64,000 nt of DNA from the NCBI GenBank assembly GCA_033442325.1, contig JAWQFM010000025.1, positions 343,623 through 407,622 of the forward strand. Direction: 5' to 3'. This document shows positions 18,496 to 57,752 of this stretch, in pieces. The DNA is from Salpingoeca rosetta. Its lineage: Eukaryota; Protista; Choanoflagellata. The position numbers and the translations under genes were made by a program. Under the pieces are notes generated by a model. That model did no database searches, was not told the DNA's origin, and was given only the letters and a program-made list of their open reading frames with translations. Position 1 is the first letter of the stretch, and each line of letters starts with the position of its first letter.

Positions 18496-18992
18496 TTTGC
18501 TTTGGATGGCGGGGGTGCTGGCGAGGTTTCTAGAGGTTTGGAGTGCTTGAGGCTTCGAGGGACGGTAAATGCGCGTTCGTGTGACTGTAAGATGCTTTGT
18601 GTAAATCGAGAGAGGAGGTAGTCTTCTGTGCCTTTGCGGAGGGGTGCACCACAGGGCAACAGCGAGCGCGGTGCGGACGATCGCCTGTGTGCCTGCTGAC
18701 TTGCTGAGGCTGTTACGAGGTTCTTGAGGTTGTTACAGCAGTGTTGTTCGCTCAGCTGCTGTGGTTGTTGTGGTTGTCCTTCTTTGGCAGATGAATGAAT
18801 ATATCTTTAAACAATTTTCTTCAAACAACCAGTGAGCGCACTCACGCAAACAACAACAACCACCTTCTTCTTGCCCGACCACAGACGCACTCCGCCACAC
18901 CCACTCCAGCACTCCAACCTCAACGTCTCAGCCTTCCAGCCCAGCCCAGCATCCCCAAAAGCCCCCCTTCCAGTCTTCGTTTCCACATCGAA

Positions 18993-20007
18993 ATGAAGCG
19001 CCGCCACGCTGCCAGATACATCCTGGACAGTGATGAAAGCGACGAGGATGAGACGCTGACTGACCCGGCAAACAACAGCAGCTCTTCGGTGTTTGCCACC
19101 GGCACCACTACCAACGTAACGAGCGCCACACCAGCGCGGACAGCATTAACGTGCTCTCCCTCTCCCCCTCCTCTTATACCTCTGCGTGTCTTGAGGATAG
19201 CATTGGTAGCGAAGAAGAAAAAGGACGCTGTTTCCAGTTCTGGTCCTGCCTCGACGGCCGCTGAGCACGGTGTTTGGACAACCTCTCGGATCAAGCAGCC
19301 CACGCTGACCAATGTGCAGCTACTCGCAGGCTCAGGAGGAGCGAGAGTCTCTGTGCGGCCTCACATTCAAACAACGCAGAGTCCCAACACCATCGTGCCA
19401 TCGGCACGCTCACCAGGCTCAGCGAACCGGGTTTGTTCAGTTCCGCTGGCGATGGCACCATCAGCCAACATGTCGCCATTGCCACCGCCCACGTTTCCAG
19501 CAGCACAGACACCTACACCAGCGCGCCGGGAACGCACCGCATGGGGACCGCTCAGCCAAGAGGATCACGCAGGCAGCACATCGAATGCCGACGCCTTTTC
19601 TCAGCAAGGTCACGCACACCACGCGGCACCACCGTCGTCGCTCTCGAAGGAAAAACAACAGCAGCAACAGCAACAAGATCAGCAGCAGTTGCACGGGCGC
19701 ACATTGCCACCGCCCTCGCCTGATTTCGGAGTGCCAACAGCCCGTGGTGCGGAGGCTTACGCACCCACGCGTGTGTTCGAGTGCCTGTTCTGCACTTTTA
19801 CAACCATACACCAAGATGGACTCGCCAATCACCGATGCATCGACCATCGGCGTCGCAGCCCTGCGCCCGTTGTTTCAGCACGTGCTACTTTACCGCCAAC
19901 AACGCACAAACCATGCTTGATGTTGTCATTACCACAACCGCAACAGCCGCGACAACAACAGCAGCAGCAACAACAACGCCCAACTTCAACCACACAGCAA
20001 CAGCAGC

Positions 20008-20092
<85 letters not shown>

Positions 20093-21188
20093 GCAACCAC
20101 AACCGCAGCCGCACTTCCAGGCAAGGGTCGCATCTGTGGATCAGATGCATGCACGCATGCAAGCGCTGGAGTGCAATCTCTGTGCTTTCGAGGCCATGGG
20201 CCCAGCCGAGCTGTCCGCCCACAAACAGCTTGTTCATAAATGCATCAATCTGCCCCAGCAGCTTCCGCAAGCGCCAAGTCCACCGGCACCATCCGCGCCA
20301 CCATCGCCGTCATCGTCACCCCCGTTGTCGCCACCGTCGCTGCAACACGATGGTGATGTGGAGGTGGAGGTGGCCATGGGCTTGAGCAAGGATTCGCCTG
20401 TCCCACGAGCACAGGCCGGCTCCATGCCTGCAGGCGGTTCCATTGCTGATAGCGTGAAGGCGCGTGTACGGCATAACAAGACACCTCATAAACCTGAACG
20501 CCAAGGCCGAGGCCGACACAAACGCCAGAGGCGACAACAGGACCAAGATGTGCCTTCCACTATTCCATCCTCATCCGCAACAGCTTCATCACACTCGCCA
20601 TCATCTTCGTCTTCTGTGCTGAAGGCCGCAACTCGCACCAAGCTCGCCGCACCCACGCGCCGCCAGCCTCCCCTGAAGCACAGGACGACGCGCCGTCAGG
20701 CACAGAAGCAGACGCAACAGCAGCATCAGCGCGGCAAGAGCCACCTTAAGCAGAGGTCAGCTCGCAACACTCGCAACACTCGCAACACTCGCAACACTCG
20801 CCACACTCGCCACACCGGCAACAAGGCGAAGGTGCAGGCAACAGCACGCAAGCGCTTCAAGTGTGATGAATGCAAGTACAAGACAGCTTACAAGGGACAC
20901 CTGACAAGACATCGGCGAGTACACACGGGTGAGAAGCCATACAAATGCGAGCAATGCGAATACAGCGCCTCACTGCGGCAAAATTTGCTGAAGCACATGG
21001 AGCGGTGGCACCCAGATACAAGGCGGTACAAGTGTGACCAGTGCAGCTTCAAGACAGCCCACAAGAAAAACCTTGCAACACACAAGCTAAGACACACGCG
21101 TGGGAAGCCATACAAGTGTGACCACTGTGAGTACAGGGGCTTTTGTCAAGCTGACGTCTCGAGGCACGTGACACTCAAGCACGGCTGA
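18993..21188 (+). CDS. Intronless C2H2 zinc-finger protein with polyQ (2 isolated + 4 clustered fingers); paralog of 13946-15388
   Basis: The frame is open from 18795; the likely start is MKRRHAAR at 18993, mirroring the paralog's MKRR plus acidic patch. It shares [22 protein letters not shown] and [18 protein letters not shown] with the paralog. Confidence 0.9.
19995..20096 (+). repeat. Coding (CAA)n/(CAG)n polyglutamine tract, about 33 Gln
   Basis: Nearly pure CAA run in frame within the zinc-finger gene. Confidence 0.9.
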
Positions 21189-21324
21189 GGGGACAGTGAG
21201 GTGACATGTGCGTAGCAGCTGTGATGTTGGCGGCAATGATCACGATGGCTTGCAGTGCAAATTCTTCACGTCACAACAACAACACCAACAACAACAACAC
21301 CACCACCACCACCACCAACAACAA

Positions 21325-21366
<42 letters not shown>

Positions 21367-21970
21367 CAACAACAACACGTGCGAACGGGTCTTCGAGCCA
21401 AGTACAACACCACCACCACCACCACCACCACCACCAACAACACCACCACCACCACCACCACCACCANNNNNNNNNNNNNNNNNNNNNNNNNNNNNNNNNN
21501 NNNNNNNNNNNNNNNNNNNNNNNNNNNNNNNNNNNNNNNNNNNNNNNNNNNNNNNNNNNNNNNNNNNNNNNNNNNNNNNNNNNNNNNNNNNNNNNNNNNN
21601 NNNNNNNNNNNNNNNNNNNNNNNNNNNNNNNNNNNNNNNNNNNNNNNNNNNNNNNNNNNNNNNNNNNNNNNNNNNNNNNNNNNNNNNNNNNNNNNNNNNN
21701 NNNNNNNNNNNNNNNNNNNNNNNNNNNNNNNNNNNNNNNNNNNNNNNNNNNNNNNNNNNNNNNNNNNNNNNNNNNNNNNNNNNNNNNNNNNNNNNNNNNN
21801 NNNNNNNNNNNNNNNNNNNNNNNNNNNNNNNNNNNNNNNNNNNNNNNNNNNNNNNNNNNNNNCGTTTACGATGGATTACACAGGTACATGTACGCAGCTG
21901 TTGCAAAAAGAAACAGCACCGTGACCCCAGCAGGGGTGAGGGGTGCAATGAAGCACAATCACACACAAGC

Positions 21971-22083
<113 letters not shown>

Positions 22084-22118
22084 CGCACACACACGGACGC
22101 AGACGCACCGACACACAT

Positions 22119-23348
22119 TCAGCAGCCAGGGTCAATGATGAGGACGCCCTCGGCACTGGACGGAATGCCGTAGATGAGGCCGTTGCTGGCCGGTGTCCCT
22201 TCCCACCACTGGGAGGAGCCAGCCGGAACAGAGAGTGAGGTAGCGTCAACTGTGTCGGTGGTAGGGTCAATGACAAGCGCAGATGACGCCGAGAATGGGA
22301 TGCCGATGATGTGTCCGGTGCTTGCAAGCACACCACCAGCCCACTTTTGGCCCGTGGCAGACAGACCGGCAATGGTCGACGTGTCGGTGGTGTTCGTGGT
22401 TGGATCGACGATGATTACTGCCGTGTCACTGAACGGAATGCCGTAGACTAGGCCGTTGCCTGCAAGCACGGTGCCGTACCACTTGTTGCTGCCGGACAAG
22501 CCGGAGATGGTTGTGATGTCCGCTGTGTTAGTGGCTGGGTTGATGACAAGAACTGCTGCGGCGCTGCGGGGAATGCTGTAGATGAGGCCGTTGCCGGCCT
22601 GAACGCCGCCGTACCACTTGAGACCTCCGCCCCCGAGCCCGATGATGGAGGTGGTGTCGGTGGTGTTGGTGACCGGGTCAACGATGAGGACGGACGACGC
22701 GCCCCAGGGGATGCCGTAGATGAGGCCGTTGTCGGCACCAACGCCACTGCGCCACTTCTCAGCGTCGGACGCAATCCCACCCAAGGTGGTTGCATCGGCC
22801 GTCTTTGTGCGCGGGTCGATGACGAGCACCGTCTCTGCGTTGTACGGGAGCCCATAGATGAGGCCGTTTGCAGCCAGGACCCCGCCCGCCCACTTGCTGT
22901 CGCCTGAGCTGAGGCCGGTGATGGTTGTGGTGTCCGCGGTGTTTGTTGCGGGGTCGATGATGAGCACAGATGTGGAGCGGTGTGGGATGCCGTAGACGAG
23001 GCCGTCCTCCAGGTTGAAGACGCCGCCGAGCCAATCGGAGTTGGCGGTGCCAACGCTGGGCATGGTGCTGGCATCCGCGGCGGGGCGCCTCAGGAAGCAT
23101 GTGTACTGCTCTTGCGCCTCAAGTCGGGTCTGCAGGGTGCTGAGGGTGCTTGCTTGCGCCTGCACCATCTCAAACAGCTTGCCAACGTCCATGCCGTTGA
23201 ACAACACTGACTCGTCTTCGCCGCCCGTCGTGTTGATGTGCAGCGTGCCGTAATTGTCCTGGACCATCACCACTTCACCAAGCACACACGCGCCATGCAC
23301 CACCAGCAGCGCGAGCGCCACTCCCGCAGCGGAGCAACACGCAGACAT
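22119..23348 (-). CDS. Intronless secreted protein: signal peptide, short coiled coil, and 7 x ~46-aa repeats (predicted beta-propeller)
   Basis: Signal-like N-terminus MSACCSAAGVALALLVVHGACVLG; heptads LFEMVQAQASTLSTLQTRLEAQEQ; seven copies of W.GGV.A.NGLIYGIP..A..VL.IDP.T.T.D.T. Confidence 0.9.
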   Translation of the reverse strand: MSACCSAAGVALALLVVHGACVLGEVVMVQDNYGTLHINTTGGEDESVLFNGMDVGKLFEMVQAQASTLSTLQTRLEAQEQYTCFLRRPAADASTMPSVGTANSDWLGGVFNLEDGLVYGIPHRSTSVLIIDPATNTADTTTITGLSSGDSKWAGGVLAANGLIYGLPYNAETVLVIDPRTKTADATTLGGIASDAEKWRSGVGADNGLIYGIPWGASSVLIVDPVTNTTDTTSIIGLGGGGLKWYGGVQAGNGLIYSIPRSAAAVLVINPATNTADITTISGLSGSNKWYGTVLAGNGLVYGIPFSDTAVIIVDPTTNTTDTSTIAGLSATGQKWAGGVLASTGHIIGIPFSASSALVIDPTTDTVDATSLSVPAGSSQWWEGTPASNGLIYGIPSSAEGVLIIDPGC

Positions 23349-23884
23349 GATGGGCTGGTGAGGTGGTGTTTGGAAGGAGGAGAGCCGAGTGCAAGGGTGG
23401 ATGTTCTTGTTGAAAGCAAAACAAAAGCAAAATGCATCTCCTTGACAAGCCATCCTTGAGAAAAGAAAATTGCTACAAAATATTGTAAATACCCGTCAAG
23501 GACAAGCGAGCGAGTTGTTTGTGTGAACGGATGAAGAAGTGAGAGCTGCGTTTGCTGCATCTAACTCACTCGTCGCTTGTTATGTTTTACTTTCACACAT
23601 GACATGTCACGCCTGGCAGGCGTGGACGGTCTCAAGGCAAGCACGAAGCAGGCAAGGCAATATTGGAAAAGAGCGCAATGCAAGGTACGGTAACAAACGG
23701 GTTGGTTTGGATAACAACAACAATCGAGCTGGCTCGAAGGGAAGGAGGGAAGGAAGGAAGGACGGCGAGATGGGAGACATGTTCTCACGATGACACACAC
23801 ACACACACACATGTACACACACACATGTACACACACACACACACACACATGTGCACACACACACACACATGTACACACACACAT

Positions 23885-23943
<59 letters not shown>

Positions 23944-23966
23944 TGTGCACGTGCAGCTTGTTCTTG

Positions 23967-34054
<10,088 letters not shown>

Positions 34055-34815
34055 GCTGCCCTTCTTGTTCTCGTTCGCCAACGCCCACCTCCCACAACAA
34101 CAACCACAACCACCACCCAGTTTCCTCATCCTCCGCTGGTCGTTTGTTGTTTGTAGAAATATAGCGAATACTTTCGTATAAATTTCTAGCCATTATTCGG
34201 GGCCTCGTTGTTGTGGGCGCAATTGTCACAATTGTCAGATACGCACCCCGACTTTCGCACCGCTGCCTTCGCACCGGCAACGCCATACGCCACACCTTCG
34301 GGACAAGGAGCAGCGGTGGGTGCCTGCTGCTTGGTGCGTGTTTTGGTGTTTAAGATGTGTTGTTCGCTTCGCTTGGGTCGCGATGCACCCCGTTTTGTTG
34401 GTGTTGCTCATGCACGCATGGGAAACGATTGCGTGTGCGCCCACGTCTCTCACGTCATCGCAATTTCGTTCCGCGTCTGTTCGTTCTTCTTCTGTGCCCT
34501 TCTGTCTTCTCATGTTTTGCTTGTGTTCTTGCCTTGCTTCTTGTGTGATTTTGATGGATGGGCAACACACAGCAGAGCAGAACAAAGAGGCAACTGCAAC
34601 CAACCAACCAACCAACCAACCAACCAACCAAGCAGCAGCGTGCGTGTGCGTGGTGGGGATTGTCGTATCGTGCCATCTCTGCGTGCGTGATGTGTGATCA
34701 ATGAGCTCATCATTCTCACCATCGTCCTCAAACACCCTCCTTTTGGTTTGGTTTCGTTGTGTTTGCTTGTTGGTGCGCAGGCAGGTAGACACGCTTTGTT
34801 CTCGCAGAGAGGTGC

Positions 34816-34860
<45 letters not shown>

Positions 34861-35028
34861 GCACAGACTCGCGCAGGCAGCAATCGTGTAAGCAACCTAA
34901 AGCACAGCCTGTATCGTGCTTTGCCTTCGACATGTGTGTCACATGGCTCACTACACACTACACGCACCCGTCCCATGTCGACATTGCACGAATCAGCAGC
35001 ATCAACCCTAACCAATCACATCCACACC

Positions 35029-35059
35029 CCAGCATCAACCCTACCTCCCTACCACTCGA

Positions 35060-35099
<40 letters not shown>

Positions 35100-35701
35100 A
35101 CACACACCACAAACGTCATTGCATTGCACTGCTTGGGGAGGGCCGAGGCGATCACACTTTCGCGCCTGCATCCATCATCAGTCAACTCACTCACGCGCGC
35201 CTGCGTGCTCTCCCCACCCCACCTCCTTCTCCCACACAGCCAAGGCAACCTACATTGACAACACCAGCATCAAGCGAGAACAGGCCGGCAGACAGGCTGT
35301 GTGTGGTTTCGTTGAGGCAATATCACGGGCAAGCAAGCACACAGACAAGCAAGACGTGGGCGCGCGTGCGCGTAAGCTTTTGGGGTTGCACAGCAGACAG
35401 CTCCATCACATACAACCCCTCCCCCCTCTCCAGCATCGCACCACATTACACGGATCCCGGTTACTTCCCTTCCCCTCCCCCCGTGCAGTGGGGACAGGGC
35501 GCGTCATATTGAACCGCCTTCAAGCGCGTACCTGTGACAAACAACGCACCCCATTTGGGGACCATATCGACACGTCTGCCCCCTCCCCCCCCCTGCGTTC
35601 TTGCACCTCAACAGGGCACCACCAGTGTTCGCCCCGCACCCCACTCACCAAGGGTACAGAACATCTGTAACCAGCATCAACCCTACCTCCCTACCACTCG
35701 A

Positions 35702-35741
<40 letters not shown>

Positions 35742-36286
35742 ACACACACCACAAACGTCATTGCATTGCACTGCTTGGGGAGGGCCGAGGCGATCACACT
35801 TTCGCGCCTGCATCCATCATCAGTCAACTCACTCACGCGCGCCTGCGTGCTCTCCCCACCCCACCTCCTTCTCCCACACAGCCAAGGCAACCTACATTGA
35901 CAACACCAGCATCAAGCGAGAACAGGCCGGCAGACAGGCTGTGTGTGGTTTCGTTGAGGCAATATCACGGGCAAGCAAGCACACAGACAAGCAAGACGTG
36001 GGCGCGCGTGCGCGTAAGCTTTTGGGGTTGCACAGCAGACAGCTCCATCACATACAACCCCTCCCCCCTCTCCAGCATCGCACCACATTACACGGATCCC
36101 GGTTACTTCCCTTCCCCTCCCCCCGTGCAGTGGGGACAGGGCGCGTCATATTGAACCGCCTTCAAGCGCGTACCTGTGACAAACAACGCACCCCATTTGG
36201 GGACCATATCGACACGTCTGCCCCCTCCCCCCCCCTGCGTTCTTGCACCTCAACAGGGCACCACCAGTGTTCGCCCCGCACCCCAC
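35029..36286. repeat. Near-perfect 616-bp direct tandem duplication (35029-35644 and 35671-36286)
   Basis: Period 642 bp with a 26-bp unique spacer. The ORF track shows identical peptides (35255-35512 repeated within 35534-36154). Confidence 0.95.
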
Positions 36287-36421
36287 CTCAGCCAACTGAA
36301 ACACAGCAACACCAACGACGGCGACGCAGCAGGCGACAGACGAACAGCGAGCACTTGACACCGCGTGTACTCCACCCATCGTCTCCATCAGCCCCATCAT
36401 CAGCAGTCTGCCCGCACGGCC

Positions 36422-50035
<13,614 letters not shown>

Positions 50036-51265
50036 GCGGGACAGCGTGCATGCATGTGTGTGTGTGTGTATGTGTGTGTGTGCATGTATGTGTGTGTGCG
50101 AATTGTGTGCACGTGTGTGTATATGTTGGAGTTGCGAGAGATTTGTTGGTGCTATCGAGCAGTTGGTGTTATCGAGCAGCTTCATCTGTTTGTGTCGTTT
50201 GAAGGGCACTGCGTGTCGAGGTGTGACTGTCTTGAACGCGTACATGCATGTTAACTTGTGTGTGATTGTTGGTGTTGTTGATGTGATGATAGATGGCCAG
50301 TGATTTTGCGCGTGTGCGTGCATGATTTGTGTGCGCGCTTTGTTCAAGCCTTGTGAGAGCTTTGGGGTGGCGGTTGCTGATGCAACAATTGAATGAAAGA
50401 ATGAACGAGTGACAAGACAAATGCACGCAGGGGGTTCGTGCTGGTGTGCTTATCGGTGTGTGTGTGTGTTTATGCAAGCGGTGGTTGGGGAAGAAATACG
50501 CAGTCACGGCGCACGTGATAAAATAGAGCACACAAGGTGCACACGCGACATACGCAGAGGAACAGCCACGAGTTTAGAACAGAGGGGGAAAGGAAGGGGG
50601 GGGGGTTGTTAAGGGAAGGGGTTGTAAGACAGTGGACGCAACGCAATGACAGCAAACGCGCTGGCTATGAACAGGCGGCCGCAGGAATGAGCGCATGCCA
50701 CCACCACAAACAGCGGAATGCGGCTGCGAAATCCGACAGAAAAAAGGAAGAGTCAAAGTGTGGCACTTGGCAACATGGCAACACAGCATGTTCGATTACA
50801 AGGGCGAGTCAAGACTGTAAAGGGGTCGGGTTGTCAGCTTAGGGGACCAAAGGGAGGAGGAAGCAACGAAACAAAAAGCAAAGCCTCAAAACGTGCGCAA
50901 ACAAACACGCCGAGCTATGAATGAACAAAGTGGGGTTCAATACAGACGCCTTTGCAGGCGATCGGAAGTGGAGGGGTGTGGAGGGGGCATTGGCTAAAAG
51001 GAATTGGCCTGGGGTGATTCATGGGAACGGGTCGTGCAGAGAGAGAGAGGGGGGGGGGGGAGGGGGAGCAGCAGTGGAGTCTGGAGCGGGTTGAAACCGT
51101 CATGTGTTTCTATGCCTTGCTTCGAGCATGCATGTATGCACAGCGGGCATACACGAATGCAGGGCCTGACGCACGCCAACACGTGTGCAAGTTGCCTATT
51201 CCTCATCATACATGCTACTCCTCAATCAACATCATCCATACGTCAGATATCCATGCATCAACACT

Positions 51266-53799
<2,534 letters not shown>

Positions 53800-54306
53800 G
53801 GTGGCTGCCGGTCAAAGGTGGGAGGGAAGGCGGGTGTCGGTGTAAAATGTCACTGTTTTCTTACGTATGTGCACGCGTCGTGTGGTGATGTGAGTGCGCT
53901 TGTGTGTGAGTGTGCGTGTGGACGTCGTGTGTGGTTGGTTGGTTGGTTGATGGTTTGGTTGGTTGATGGATTGATGGATTGCTTCACGCTCGCTGGATGG
54001 ACGATGAAGCAATGGTGTGTGCGTGTAGCTGCCGCTGTTTCGATATGTGTTGTTGTTGTTGTTGTCGTTGGTGGGGTGAAGGAGGGATGGAACAAGAAGG
54101 TGGAACGAGAAGGTGGAAGGGATGAGGGGGGAACCACAACCGACAGCATCGAACACAGCAACAGTTCGTCGTGGGCTGTTCTTGCGTTGTGTTTCTCGGA
54201 CAAGCTGCATCCAACAACACGCGTGCTTTGAAAAGAACGATTGTTTACATATGCATGGAATCACCGCCGTATTATATTATTTTATTACATAATTCAACCG
54301 AACAGA

Positions 54307-54637
54307 ACACTTCTGTCTGTCGTGTCGCGACCACCCTGCGACCACCCTGACACGTCTGTCTGTCGTGTCGCGACCACCCTGCGACCACCCTGACACTTCT
54401 GTCTGTCGTGTCGCGACCACCCTGCGACCACCCTGACACTTCTGTCTGTCGTGTCGCGACCACCCTGCGACCACCCTGACACTTCTGTCTGTCGTGTCGC
54501 GACCACCCTGCGACCACCCTGACACTTCTGTCTGTCGTGTCGCGACCACCCTGCGACCACCCTGACACTTCTGTCTGTCGTGTCGCGACCACCCTGCGAC
54601 CACCCTGACACTTCTGTCTGTCGTGTCGCGACCACCC
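54307..54637. repeat. 43-bp minisatellite, about 7.7 copies, in the divergent promoter region
   Basis: Unit acacttctgtctgtcgtgtcgcgaccaccctgcgaccaccctg starts at 54307, 54350, 54393 ... 54608; only one substitution was noticed (copy 2). Confidence 0.95.
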
Positions 54638-54704
54638 ACTTCAGTACATGCATGAAGGGAGACTGTATTCAGTTCTTTTTGTTTCTCGACTGAATTAAGT
54701 CAGC

Positions 54705-56589
54705 ATGGATGTGAAGCGTCCGCTTGAGGCCATCGACGCAGCGTTTGTGGAAATTGTGCAGGGTAATCAAGGCGGATATCAGAAGAAGAGTTTGTGCGGC
54801 ATGTGTGTGCATGTGTGTGTGTGCATGTGTGTGTGCATGTGTGTGCATGTGCGTGCATGTGCGTGCATGTGTCTGTGTGTGTGTGTGTTTGAATGTGTGC
54901 TTTCAGTGTTCCTATTGTGTGCTGACTTATGGCCTGCCTCATCCTCTGCAACGCTATGCTTTGTAGCGGGAGCGCCTGCCGGTTCCTTTTCGCTGCCAGA
55001 TGAGTTGATGCAGCAGGTCATCGACGCGCGTGATCAGGTACATCTCTGCGCGTACGTGTGTGTGTGCGTGTGCACGTGCGTGTGCATCTGTGTGTGTGTG
55101 TGTGAATACTCAAAGTGACGGCGCTGCATTCCCATTCTCCGTTCAGCTCATCTCCTCGTGTTCACTGTGTTTTTTTTTGTCATTCCAGATTCCCTCACTG
55201 CACGATGTGGACCGCATGTACTTGCCACCAAACTCGCTCGTCCGCTTCCGTGGCATGATTCAAGTGTGTGTGTGTGTGTGAGTGTGTGTGTGTGTGTCTG
55301 TGTCTATGTCTGTGTCTGTGTGAGTGAGTGTGTCTGCCTTTCTGTCTGCGCTGTGTGTTCGCACGCGCACCCTCGCCTCCACTGGACGCAGGTGCCGATG
55401 TGTACCCCAAACTCACGCTTCCCAAACATGCCACACAACACACAGGCCACGCACAATCCGGAGATCTATCTGGACGTGTACGCAACGCGAGGGCCACAGG
55501 GCGAAACAGCCGTCCACACCAGCCGCTATCGTGATATGACCAACACCAAGGTGTGTGCGTGTGTGTGGGGGGGGGGAGGAAGAACTTGGTGCAGCGGTGC
55601 ATCCTTGCTGCCGCTTGTCACGTGTTTCACACGCCAGTAGCGCGTACTGCACTATGTGCTGCATTACACCCTCCCTCATCACCCCTTCATCAATTCCTCC
55701 CCCCCCCCCTCAACACACACACACACTCTCTCTCTCTCTCTCTCCATCCGTGCGTACTCAGGAGGACTGGGAGATTGACTTTGACTCGCAGCACAACGTG
55801 TACAAGTCACGCCACACACTGCATTGCGTGCCCATTCCCGCCGAGAACACGTGGGTCCGCCAGCACCTCGCCGCATCCGCACCTCAAACAGGTTTGTTTG
55901 CGTGTGTGTGTGTGTGTGCGTGGTGTGTATGTTGTGTATGTTGTGTGTGCCTGGTGTGTATGTTGTGTATGTTGTGCATGTTGTGTATGTTGTGTATGTT
56001 GTGTATGTTGTGTGTGTGCATTCACAGTGTGTGCATCAGCGACTACACACTCACCCCTCCGCCCTATACTCTACCATCGCCATGCTTGCTGTGCTCGTCA
56101 CCCGCACAGCGCGTGTGGCGGGGGAGCGGGTGCGCCCCGGTGCCACCAAGCGAGCGACCATGGATGAAGGCGACGACGACGACGACGATGATGGTGATGG
56201 TGGTGATGATGATGGTGATGGTCGCGGACGAGGCATGGAGATGGATGCAGAGCAGCAGCAGCAGCAACAGTTTCCAGGTGTGTATGCATGTATGTGAGAG
56301 TGTGTTTGTGTGTGTCTGTGTGCACGAGTGTTTGTCTGTTTGTGTACCTCTTCATGTTCGTTTGTGTTTGTTTGTGCGCATGTGCAAACGTGTCATTCGC
56401 AAATGTTCTCACCACCAATTGCTCGACACCATCATCATTGTCCTCCACGATGACAGCGAAGAAGAGGGCGGGCGACATGACGGCGACCACCATCGACGAC
56501 GATGGTGATTCACATCAGCAGCATGGACAGGGTAAGATGGGACATGAGCAGCCTACACTGGCGCCGTGTGTGTGTCTGTGTGTGAGTGG

Positions 56590-56622
<33 letters not shown>

Positions 56623-57688
56623 TCTGTGTCTGTGTGTCTGTGTCTGTGTGTGAGTGGGTGTGAATGTGTGTCTGTGTGTGAGTGTTAGTGTGTGTGTGTT
56701 AGTGTTTGTGTGTGTGTGTGTCTGTGTGCGTGTCCGGCATTGCACAACGGCAGAAAAGAACCACTGCTGCTTAATTCACCACCTGTGTTCCTCACACATC
56801 CACCATTGACCACATCCACCACCACCGCAGCCCCGGGTGCGCGCGTTGCGGATGAGCACGTGCACAATCTTCCGCTTCCCGACGACCGAACACCAGCACT
56901 GCTCAAGGTGTGGTGATGATTGTGATGATGTCGGTGGTGGCGGCAATGATGGTGTATGATATGTGGTATGTGTGGTGTTGTGGTTCACGCGTGCATTCGT
57001 GTACGTCGTGTTGAATTGTGGAATTGCCCTGCGTATGTTGACATGTGTGCATCTGTGTATGTTGACATGTGCTCGTATACGCCTGCACATGGTCATGAGT
57101 GTTCACATATGTGTACGTGTGCGCGTGTGTTGACAGGTGTACGGGGACGATCCCGGTGTGAAGCTGCACGAGATGGTGGAAGTCATCGGCGTGTATGTCA
57201 ACGACCCAACGCCGCCGTCCGCCCTCACAGACGAGTGAGTTGAGACCATGACGGCGGTGGTCGCGGCGATGTGTGTGCTTGTGCTTGTGCGTGTACGTCT
57301 ATTTGTGGTGGTACTTTGGTGTCGGTTGTACGCGAATTCCCGGGACAACACCTCAAGCCTTAAGAATTGTCTGATCAAGGCTCCCCGCCAACTTGCACAG
57401 CATACATTCATTCAGAACCACACCACCCCCGTCATCTCACACCGCCACCATCATCTCACACCACCTCACCACCATGAACCGACCACATTATTAACCGACC
57501 ACACCACAACGTCCCCGCTGCACCATGACTGCGGGTGGTGCAGGGAGCGCGCCTTTGCTGAGCCGCTGCCGCCGTCATCAGTACTGCCGCGCATCCACTG
57601 CATACACATGCGCACCATCCAGCACCACAACCCGCTCATCCCACCGCAGCTGGCGCACCTCAATCACGGTCAGCCAGGGGAGAGGCGA

Positions 57689-57752
<64 letters not shown>

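Noticed and set aside
35029-36286. LTR pair of a retroelement
   Set aside because: Only 26 bp separate the copies, with no TG..CA termini, PBS/PPT or target-site duplication seen.
54307-54637. CRISPR-like array
   Set aside because: The units are contiguous and identical with no unique spacers; the context is eukaryotic with no cas genes.
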